Below, piece after piece: positions 25,702 through 32,325 of a stretch of 32,325 bases of DNA; position 1 is the first letter of the stretch; every line of letters begins with the position of its first letter. The notes below the pieces were generated by a model that saw nothing but the letters and a program-made list of their open reading frames with translations, had not been told where the DNA came from and searched no databases. The translations under genes and the position numbers were made by a program. Source of the stretch: a virus (lineage: Duplodnaviria; Caudoviricetes); the IMG/VR virus record IMGVR_UViG_3300025658_000312, positions 1 to 32,325 of that record. One strand, given 5' to 3'.

Positions 25702-26252
25702 ACTTTGCAGACAGAGATGTTATCTTATCTAAGATAGAACATCGTGTGGCAAAATTAGATACAGGTAAAAAACATAATACAGGGGTCTACGTAACAGAGG
25801 CCCCTCATAATCCTGTAGACAATCTATGTACAATCGATCACAAAACAGCAGATGATAGAGGTTATTTCAAACTAGATTTTTTAAATGTGTCTATATACAA
25901 AGATGTTAAAAACGAGGCACATTTACAAGAACTTATGGAAAGGGAACCAATATGGCAACTACTGGAACACAAAGACTTCGTCGACAACGTATTTCATCTA
26001 AGCGGGCACGACAATCTATTAAAACAATTGAAGCCTACTTCGGTACAGCAATTGGCGGCAACACTGGCGATAATACGTCCGGCCAAAAGACACTTAGCAG
26101 ACAAGAGCTGGAACGAAATATTAAACGAAGTGTGGGTCAAGCCAACAAACGGTGAATACTACTTTAAGAAAGCACATGCGTTTAGTTACGCAATGGCCGT
26201 TGTGGTTCATATAAATTTGCTGTGTGAGCAATTAAATAAATCGCAAGATTAG
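25683..26252 (+). CDS. Miniature DNA polymerase III alpha (DnaE)-like catalytic protein
   Basis: Colinear DnaE motifs PDIDIDF, HNTGV, GYFKLDFL, VFHL, KPTS..QLAA.LAIIRP and YYFKKAHA.SY in only 189 aa; SD AAGGA. Confidence 0.85.
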   Translation: MPDIDIDFADRDVILSKIEHRVAKLDTGKKHNTGVYVTEAPHNPVDNLCTIDHKTADDRGYFKLDFLNVSIYKDVKNEAHLQELMEREPIWQLLEHKDFVDNVFHLSGHDNLLKQLKPTSVQQLAATLAIIRPAKRHLADKSWNEILNEVWVKPTNGEYYFKKAHAFSYAMAVVVHINLLCEQLNKSQD

Positions 26253-26261
26253 ATGATCAGT

Positions 26262-26630
26262 TTATTTGACTTTTCTTACTAGTTGAACGTTCTTACGTTT
26301 AACTCGTTTTACACTTAGATTACCTAAGTTTACACATGGCCCTGATACGATACGAACATCTTTTGAGTTCATTGTTATAATAGCGTGTCGAAAAACTTCC
26401 ATTTCTTGTTTTAGGAAAATGTTAATAGGTATCAGCCTATTAGATTCCCACCACCAAGCTTCGCCTAATTCTAAGAAGTGTTTCTTAGCTTCTTCTGTTC
26501 GCAAGTTATTAAAGACATACATACTGGTAACAGCCTGGTCTTGGTTAATAACAATACCTACGTATTCGAGGCCGCCATAGCCCACAATGCTTATGAACGG
26601 AAATTTTTCTTGTATGTCTTTTGTTAGCAT
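26262..26630 (-). CDS. Hypothetical protein
   Basis: 122 aa with SD AAGGA on the minus strand; contains FPFIS, YVGIV.N, FLELGEAWWWESNRLIPINIFL and a basic C-terminus. Confidence 0.75.
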   Translation of the reverse strand: MLTKDIQEKFPFISIVGYGGLEYVGIVINQDQAVTSMYVFNNLRTEEAKKHFLELGEAWWWESNRLIPINIFLKQEMEVFRHAIITMNSKDVRIVSGPCVNLGNLSVKRVKRKNVQLVRKVK

Positions 26631-26649
26631 TCGTTAGTTGTAGTCCTTA

Positions 26650-26657
26650 TATAAATA
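26650..26657 (+). promoter_or_regulatory. T4-type late promoter
   Basis: Exact TATAAATA 4 nt before the ATG at 26662. An opposed ACTAAATA lies on the - strand at 26680-26687. Confidence 0.7.
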
Positions 26658-26661
26658 CAGT

Positions 26662-27438
26662 ATGTCACTTATACCTAGATATTTAGTCAATCATAGAACC
26701 AGCCTTGTTACCAATGTGACAGGATTCGCAACGGAGTATAGACCAGTGTACCAAAGAAACATACCAATATATAGTGGAATAGATAATAAATTAGAATTCC
26801 AATTATTCAATCCAGACCAAAAGCCAATTAATCCAACTGGCTCAACAATACATTTTGTGGCGTTTGATGAAACAAATAACCAAGTAATTAAACATACAGG
26901 AACAGTAACGATTGCTAACAAAGGTTTGTTTACAGTTACAATTTCAGATCAAGACACTCTTAATATAAAGCAACAGTATTTGTCTTATGCAATTTACTTA
27001 ACAGACAACACAACTAATGCTGACACTATTACATATGCAGACGAGCAACTAAATGCATCAGGTACAATCTATGTTAGTAAAGAAGCATTCCCTGGTCCAC
27101 GTGCAACTTCTGAAGTAACAAACTTTACACAAGACAGTGGTGACGTTGATGTATACAACAGCGATGCTATATCAGCAGAGCCAGGTATAAATGGTAACGA
27201 AGCATTACACACTGTTGCAATATACAGTGACAACTATGTAGGTGATGTAGAACTACAAGTAACACTTGATAATCAAATTACAAATCAAAGTAACTGGTCA
27301 ACAATTACTACACTTACATTAGACGGTACTGAAACAGAACCTACAGTAAGTAGTTTTAATGGTGTTTACAACTACATTAGATTCTCCACTTCAACAAATC
27401 CATCAGAGAAAATTTCTAAGATTTTAGTAAGAAATTAG
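26662..27438 (+). CDS. Putative virion structural protein (beta-sandwich, baseplate/tail-like)
   Basis: T/N/S-rich, beta-strand-rich sequence (IYSGIDNKLEFQLFNPDQKP, GLFTVTI, YIRF) behind a late promoter. Confidence 0.55.
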   Translation: MSLIPRYLVNHRTSLVTNVTGFATEYRPVYQRNIPIYSGIDNKLEFQLFNPDQKPINPTGSTIHFVAFDETNNQVIKHTGTVTIANKGLFTVTISDQDTLNIKQQYLSYAIYLTDNTTNADTITYADEQLNASGTIYVSKEAFPGPRATSEVTNFTQDSGDVDVYNSDAISAEPGINGNEALHTVAIYSDNYVGDVELQVTLDNQITNQSNWSTITTLTLDGTETEPTVSSFNGVYNYIRFSTSTNPSEKISKILVRN

Positions 27439-27439
27439 G

Positions 27440-27468
27440 TTGACAACGTAATATAATTACGTTATAAT
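27440..27468 (+). promoter_or_regulatory. Perfect sigma70 promoter with a palindromic operator in the spacer
   Basis: TTGACA(27440-27445)-17 nt-TATAAT(27463-27468). The inverted repeat AACGTAAT-ata-ATTACGTT spans 27445-27463. Confidence 0.85.
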
Positions 27469-27474
27469 AAGTGT

Positions 27475-29211
27475 ATGAAAAATAAATATAAACTCGTAGC
27501 TGCACTCTGTGCGGCTTTTTTAATGACCCCAGTATATGCAACAGAGCTAGTAATATATGTATATGCTGACCGAACACCTTCGTCTGTTGCTAGTGCTACA
27601 TATTCGTATGATGCAGTTGAAGTAGAAGAACTTGAAGAAGTATCTAGTTTAGATATTTTAAGAAGTGGACCAAAAGGACAAATGAGTTCTTTATATATAA
27701 GAGGCGCTGATAGCGATCAAAGTCTTATAACCTTAAATGGTATTTCTATCAAAGACCAAAGTAGCCCAACAGGCGCAGATGATCTTGGACAACATAACTT
27801 TACAGGAATTAGTCTTGTTGAAGTATACAAAGGTCCAATGAGCAGTTTGTATGGTGCTAATGCCGCAGGCGGCGTAGTTAACCTTGTGTCTGACGTTACA
27901 GGAAGATCATATGTATCATCTACAATAGGTAGTAATAATTTGCTACTTGGCGAAACACAACTGTCTGGTAAAGTACAAGATATAGATTATTCTCTAACAC
28001 TTGGAAAAGAAACTAGTGACGGTATAAGTGTATATCCAAACGGTAAAGAAACTGATCCTTACGATAATGAAAATATTAATTTGAATTTATTGTATGCAAC
28101 TGATAACACTAATGTAAAATTAAATTATATTAACGAAACTAATTTTACAAATTTAGATTCTATGTATGATACATTAAATTATACAGGTAAGTGGAATTGG
28201 ACAAATACACAATTAGACATAAGTAACGAAACATCAAGATTTGTTTTAAACAATTCATCGCACAATAGAGTTTACACAAAAGATAATTTAGTAGAAGGAA
28301 ACTACGACAGCACAGTAAACACATTATACGGTTCACGTTTAATTAAACTAGCCAATACTGATTTAATAGTTGGCGGAGAGCTTGAAGAAATAGATGCTAC
28401 ATTCTTAACTAATATAAGAGGCATGTGGCCTTATACAAGTAGTGTAGATAAAGAGCGTACTTCAAAAGGCGTGTTTGCTAATACTAATACAGTGATGTTA
28501 AATTCTACAATAATATCTGCAGGTGTTAGACGTGATAGCGTCGACGGCTTTGGTAATCGTACTACAGGTAGAGTAGGTGTTTATAAAAATAATTTAAGAG
28601 CTAGTATAGCAACTGGTTATAGAATTCCTACACTGTATGAAATGTATGGTCAAGACAACTACGGCTTTAGTGGCAATCCTAATTTACAAGAAGAAAGCAC
28701 ACTTAGTTACGAAGTAGGTTACCAAACAAATTATACTAACACAGCATTTTTTATTACAAAGGAATCAGATGCAATAATATATAACGGAACATATGTTAAT
28801 GACACTGATACTAGTTATACTAAAGGTATTGAAAATAAAATATCATACGAACTAAATGACTTCTTTATTACAAATAGTTTTAGTTACATAGAAGCAAAAC
28901 AAAGTAACGGAACTGAAAAGTTAAGACGTCCTAAATTTAATAACAATTTAAAAATAGCAAAAGTAATTAACAATATTGCATATTCATTTGCTGTAGACTA
29001 TTACGGTAAGCACAAAGATATCGACAGTACAACATTTCAAACTATTGATGCAGGAAGTGTAATAACTTATAACTCAGAAATGAAGTACAAGAAAAATAGT
29101 TTAGAAGTCTTTGCTGGGATATATAATATTAGTAATGAACAATATGAAAGACCAAATGGGTACAGTCAATTAGGACGAAACTTTAAGTTGGGCTTCAGGA
29201 AATACTTTTAA
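27475..29211 (+). CDS. TonB-dependent outer-membrane receptor, BtuB-like
   Basis: Signal peptide (MKNKYK..PVYA), TonB-box-like ELVIYVYA, plug motifs IRG..SDQ.L..LNG and VEVYKGPMSSLYGANAAGGVVNL, R.PTL.E.Y, GNPNL.EE, GIE and a C-terminal Phe. Confidence 0.9.
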   Translation: MKNKYKLVAALCAAFLMTPVYATELVIYVYADRTPSSVASATYSYDAVEVEELEEVSSLDILRSGPKGQMSSLYIRGADSDQSLITLNGISIKDQSSPTGADDLGQHNFTGISLVEVYKGPMSSLYGANAAGGVVNLVSDVTGRSYVSSTIGSNNLLLGETQLSGKVQDIDYSLTLGKETSDGISVYPNGKETDPYDNENINLNLLYATDNTNVKLNYINETNFTNLDSMYDTLNYTGKWNWTNTQLDISNETSRFVLNNSSHNRVYTKDNLVEGNYDSTVNTLYGSRLIKLANTDLIVGGELEEIDATFLTNIRGMWPYTSSVDKERTSKGVFANTNTVMLNSTIISAGVRRDSVDGFGNRTTGRVGVYKNNLRASIATGYRIPTLYEMYGQDNYGFSGNPNLQEESTLSYEVGYQTNYTNTAFFITKESDAIIYNGTYVNDTDTSYTKGIENKISYELNDFFITNSFSYIEAKQSNGTEKLRRPKFNNNLKIAKVINNIAYSFAVDYYGKHKDIDSTTFQTIDAGSVITYNSEMKYKKNSLEVFAGIYNISNEQYERPNGYSQLGRNFKLGFRKYF

Positions 29212-29336
29212 TGAAACATCTAACAAAACAACCTGCCTTTTGGGCAGGTTTACTCTTAGCATCACCAATTATCTATTATGTATTATATAGACTAGCATTA
29301 GAAATTTGGTGTATCGCTTACGGATTAATTTACTAA
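29211..29336 (+). CDS. 41-aa hydrophobic membrane peptide (not in the ORF track)
   Basis: Coupled to the receptor stop (TAATG). Sequence MKHLTKQPAFWAGLLLASPIIYYVLYRLALEIWCIAYGLIY. Confidence 0.6.
   Translation: MKHLTKQPAFWAGLLLASPIIYYVLYRLALEIWCIAYGLIY
29230..29257 (+). terminator. Possible intrinsic terminator hairpin after the TonB receptor
   Basis: 8-bp stem aacctgcc-ttttg-ggcaggtt with only a weak U-tract (tactctt); it lies inside the small ORF. Confidence 0.35.
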
Positions 29337-29343
29337 AAAACGC

Positions 29344-29372
29344 TTGACTTTTAACCTGCACGAGTATATAAT
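29344..29372 (+). promoter_or_regulatory. Sigma70 promoter for the primase-helicase unit
   Basis: TTGACT(29344-29349)-17 nt-TATAAT(29367-29372), with the ATG only 6 nt downstream. Confidence 0.8.
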
Positions 29373-29378
29373 GATACT

Positions 29379-30359
29379 ATGAGTGTAGTCATTGAAACAG
29401 TTCTGACATATCTGCCCGCTAAGAGGAAAACAACTCCTAGCGGATGGACTTCATTCAATGCACCTTGCTGTATTCATAACGGTGAGACCCGTGATCAAAA
29501 ACAGCGTGGAGGTGTAATTCAAGAAGGCGGCGGCATCAGTTATCATTGTTTTAATTGTGGCTTTAAGGCTTCTTGGCAACCAGGCAGACCATTCTCCCAT
29601 AAGTTGCGTAAACTCCTACAATGGTTAGGAACTCCTGATGACGTAGTCAACAAGGTAGCATTTGATGTTATGAGAGAGAACGAGGGTGTTGAAGTAAAGC
29701 AAAGACTTGCTGAGCTTCCTACGTTTGATACAGTGCCATTGCCCGATGATGCTATAAAGATTACAGACATTACAAACTTTGACAAGTACAGTATGGCTGT
29801 TCTCGAATACATGGCCGCACGTAATCTTAACACTGATGATACCAATTACTATTGGTCACCTAGTTTAGGTTATCGTGATAGATTAATCATACCATTCTAT
29901 TATGAAGATAGAGTTGTAGGCTGGACTGGGCGTAGTGTACTTCCGGATAAGAAACCTAAATACTTAACGGAAGTACAACCTGGATTTGTTTACGGACTAG
30001 ATGAGCAACGTTATTCTAAAATGTTTGCAATAGTATGTGAAGGACAACTAGATGCTATACACGTAGAAGGTTGTGCATTAGGTGGCAGTGAAATAAGCGA
30101 CCAACAAGCAATGCTGTTAGGTAAACTACAAAAAGATATTATAGTAGTTCCTGACAGAGATAAAGCAGGTAGCAAGTTAGTAGAACGTGCTATCGAACTA
30201 GGGTATAGTGTTAGCATGCCCGAATGGAAACAAGGCATCAACGATATAGGTGATGCTGTACATGAATATGGAAGACTGTATGCGCTACATAGTATAGCGG
30301 CTGTAGCAGAAGAGTCTCCTTTAAAAATAAGACTGAGAGCAAAGAAATGGTTCGATTAA
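29379..30359 (+). CDS. DNA primase (DnaG/gp61-like)
   Basis: Zn-ribbon PCC.H...YHCFNCG, RLIIP, VGWTGR and PKYL; Toprim motifs EGQLDA, DRDKAG and NDIGD. Confidence 0.9.
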   Translation: MSVVIETVLTYLPAKRKTTPSGWTSFNAPCCIHNGETRDQKQRGGVIQEGGGISYHCFNCGFKASWQPGRPFSHKLRKLLQWLGTPDDVVNKVAFDVMRENEGVEVKQRLAELPTFDTVPLPDDAIKITDITNFDKYSMAVLEYMAARNLNTDDTNYYWSPSLGYRDRLIIPFYYEDRVVGWTGRSVLPDKKPKYLTEVQPGFVYGLDEQRYSKMFAIVCEGQLDAIHVEGCALGGSEISDQQAMLLGKLQKDIIVVPDRDKAGSKLVERAIELGYSVSMPEWKQGINDIGDAVHEYGRLYALHSIAAVAEESPLKIRLRAKKWFD

Positions 30360-30514
30360 GAATAGGTGCATTAATATTATTTTGTGGATTGTTTGGATAC
30401 TCACTAGTAGTGTTGTATCAACAAGAGTCTAAGCCAAAAGATGGATATACTATATATCAACCAAGCATAATTACAGTAGAAGAACTACCACCAGTGAGGG
30501 CAGAGAATAAATGA
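30347..30514 (+). CDS. 55-aa single-pass membrane protein (not in the ORF track)
   Basis: Sequence MVRLRIGALILFCGLFGYSLVVLYQQESKPKDGYTIYQPSIITVEELPPVRAENK. It overlaps the primase end and the helicase start (ATGA). Confidence 0.6.
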   Translation: MVRLRIGALILFCGLFGYSLVVLYQQESKPKDGYTIYQPSIITVEELPPVRAENK

Positions 30515-31950
30515 GTACACGACAGAATACAGACTACGGATATGATATACAAAAAGTATATCTAGAAATGATGATGACAGACGCTGAAACATTTGTAAGG
30601 TGTCAGACTGTGTTCGACCCAAGTGCATTTGATAGACGCTTAGAAGCACCTGCTAAGTTCTTGAATGATTATGTAACTGAACATAATGCAATGCCTACAT
30701 TTGATATGATTAATGCAGCAACAGATGCAAAATTAAAACACCCAGGCGAACTACAAGAGAATCATTATGATTGGCTACTACTAGAGTTTGAAACGTTTAG
30801 TAGACACAAGGCACTTGAAGCAGCAATCTTAAAGAGTGCTGACTTATTAGAGCAAGGTGAGTATGGACCTGTTGAAGAACTAGTAAAGAAGGCTGTACAG
30901 ATTGGTTTGCAAAAAGACTTGGGTACAAACTATTTTGCTGACCCTAGAGCTAGACTAGAAGGTATTAAGAGTACAAACGGACAAGTAAGCACAGGTTGGG
31001 CCGCTATTGATAAGAAACTATTTGGTGGGTTCAACAGAGGCGAGCTGAATATCTTTGCAGGTGGATCAGGTGCAGGTAAGAGTTTGTTCTTGGCCAACCT
31101 AGGAGTTAACTGGGCTCTTGCAGGAATGAATGTATTGTACTTGACCCTAGAGCTTAGTGAGAGCTTGGTTAGTATGAGGGTCGACAGTATGGTCACAGGC
31201 ATACCCAGTAGAGATGTATTCAAGAGCATTGATGATGTTGAGATGAAGGTTAAGATGATTGGCAAGAAGTCAGGAGCCTTCCAAGTTAAGTATATGCCCT
31301 CAGGTAAAACACCCAATGACGTAAGAAGTTATATTAAAGAGTTTGAAATTAAAACAGGCAAGAAGATTGACGTACTGTTGATCGACTACTTAGACTTGCT
31401 TATGCCCAATGGTGCAAAGGTTAGTGCAGAGAACTTGTACATCAAAGACAAGTATGTATCGGAAGAGCTACGTAACCTAGCAATGGAATTGAACACAGTG
31501 TTTGTTACAGCGGCACAGTTGAACAGGGGTGCTGTAGAAGAAATTGAATTTGATCACTCGCACATATCAGGCGGACTTAGTAAGATACAAACAGCAGATA
31601 ACGTGTTGGGTATCTTTACTAGTAGAGCTATGCGTGAGCGTGGACGTTATCAGTTACAGTTAATGAAAACACGTAACAGTGGTGGCGTAGGACAAAAGAT
31701 TGATCTAGGCTTTGATGTAGACACACTACGTATTGTAGACATTGATGAAGATGACGATGACAATAACTATGGCTCAGCACCAAGTGGTGGAGCAAACAGT
31801 ATTGTAAACAGTCTCAAACGTAATCCAACTAATGCACCCACAGACAGTGTAAGAGAAGATCCTAGTGAAGGGTCAACAAGTCCTAAGATCAAAGCAGAAG
31901 CAGATAGTACAAAACTAAAACAGTTTCTCAATAATCTAGGCGATGATTAA
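30511..31950 (+). CDS. Replicative helicase (DnaB/gp41-like)
   Basis: STGW..ID..L.GG..RGEL, GGSGAGKS, TLELSE, LIDYLDL, TAAQLNR, TADNV and KTRN. Confidence 0.93.
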   Translation: MSTRQNTDYGYDIQKVYLEMMMTDAETFVRCQTVFDPSAFDRRLEAPAKFLNDYVTEHNAMPTFDMINAATDAKLKHPGELQENHYDWLLLEFETFSRHKALEAAILKSADLLEQGEYGPVEELVKKAVQIGLQKDLGTNYFADPRARLEGIKSTNGQVSTGWAAIDKKLFGGFNRGELNIFAGGSGAGKSLFLANLGVNWALAGMNVLYLTLELSESLVSMRVDSMVTGIPSRDVFKSIDDVEMKVKMIGKKSGAFQVKYMPSGKTPNDVRSYIKEFEIKTGKKIDVLLIDYLDLLMPNGAKVSAENLYIKDKYVSEELRNLAMELNTVFVTAAQLNRGAVEEIEFDHSHISGGLSKIQTADNVLGIFTSRAMRERGRYQLQLMKTRNSGGVGQKIDLGFDVDTLRIVDIDEDDDDNNYGSAPSGGANSIVNSLKRNPTNAPTDSVREDPSEGSTSPKIKAEADSTKLKQFLNNLGDD

Positions 31951-31957
31951 TTGCGAG

Positions 31958-31965
31958 GTTAAATA
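31958..31965 (+). promoter_or_regulatory. Late-promoter-like motif
   Basis: GTTAAATA just after the helicase stop and upstream of the last ORF. Confidence 0.35.
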
Positions 31966-31997
31966 CGCATATAACAACGGAAGGACTATGCCATTTA

Positions 31998-32325
31998 ATG
32001 ATTACACTACTACGCAAACAGCACTACAGTTTTTTAAAAGATGATCCAGTAAGGCCGCACTTGCCAAGTGAATGGCGTACACAGTATCCACGTGAAGTAT
32101 ATGCACTCTACGAAGACAAGTATGCACAGTATGATGAACCGCTAACAGAAGATCCTCTAGCAATCATATGTGTAGCCTACACCAACAGTGTGCCAACTAC
32201 AGAAGCAGACCTTGACAACCTAGGTACTGATGTTGCTGTGTTCTATACAGTGTGGAGTTATTCAAAAGGTGCAGGCCGTGATTTAGTAAACGGTGTAGCA
32301 CAGATCGTCAAAGACACTCATCAGT
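31998..32325 (+). CDS. 3'-truncated hypothetical protein, possibly GNAT-fold (not in the ORF track)
   Basis: MITLLRKQHYSFLKDDPVRPHLP...AIICVAY...VAVFYTVWSYSKGAGRDLV is open to the window end; KGAGR.L resembles GNAT motif A. Confidence 0.6.
   Translation, partial: MITLLRKQHYSFLKDDPVRPHLPSEWRTQYPREVYALYEDKYAQYDEPLTEDPLAIICVAYTNSVPTTEADLDNLGTDVAVFYTVWSYSKGAGRDLVNGVAQIVKDTHQ

Noticed and set aside
25683-26252. Mini-DnaE as a pseudogene or split-intein half
   Set aside because: It has a clean SD and start at the first catalytic motif, motifs from distant parts of DnaE are joined in frame, there are no intein terminal motifs, and no DnaE remnants were seen in flanking frames.
27420-27475. Cobalamin riboswitch upstream of the BtuB-like gene
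   Set aside because: The intergenic gap is only 36 nt and is fully occupied by the promoter.
665-31316. Numerous minus-strand and alternative-frame ORFs in the track (e.g. 665-1069, 2773-3108, 14184-14771, 16865-17257, 19717-20019, 25952-26155, 30930-31316)
   Set aside because: They lie wholly or largely within convincingly assigned genes, lack motifs or an SD, and look like antisense or frame shadows.
31988-32044. ATG at 31988 with a TTTTTTAAAA run as a programmed frameshift into the last ORF
   Set aside because: It would need a +1 shift and the AAGGA is too close to that ATG. The in-frame ATG at 31998 explains the ORF without recoding.
1-32325. CRISPR array, tRNA/rRNA genes, IS or transposase, integrase, homing endonuclease, introns or inteins in uvsX, uvsW, primase or helicase
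   Set aside because: No spaced repeats, cloverleaf or relevant motifs were seen by eye, the core genes have ordinary lengths, and there is almost no intergenic space.
1-32325. Alternative genetic code (stop-codon reassignment)
   Set aside because: Standard-code ORFs tile the window almost completely, conserved proteins are full length, and TAA, TAG and TGA all end genes.

Overview
This is an AT-rich, gene-dense, mostly + strand segment of a large tailed dsDNA phage with a T4-type replication and recombination toolkit. Recognisable core genes are gp32-like SSB, UvsX, UvsY, UvsW, a gp62-like clamp-loader subunit, a DnaG/gp61 primase and a DnaB/gp41 helicase; T4-type late promoter motifs (TATAAATA) also occur. 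The Kdo genes and a TonB-dependent receptor imply a Gram-negative host. About 20 kb of accessory genes for glycan synthesis and decoration are interleaved with the core genes: four paralogous KpsS/KpsC-like GT-B transferases, two GT-A transferases, a pyruvyltransferase, four methyltransferases, a kinase, a HAD hydrolase, kdsA and kdsB, a sulfotransferase / APS kinase / HxGH nucleotidyltransferase trio, three 2OG-Fe(II) oxygenases and glyA. The most unusual items are (1) a 189-aa miniature DNA polymerase III alpha (DnaE) that keeps all three catalytic aspartates and has a perfect sigma70 promoter hidden inside glyA, (2) an apparently phage-encoded CMP-Kdo supply plus beta-Kdo-transferase-like glycosylation system with no export machinery in the window, and (3) a BtuB-like TonB receptor whose perfect sigma70 promoter carries an 8-3-8 palindrome resembling a Zur box. 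Four ORFs missing from the supplied track were read by hand. No tRNA, rRNA, CRISPR array or transposase was seen. All protein calls come from motif recognition by eye, not from database searches.
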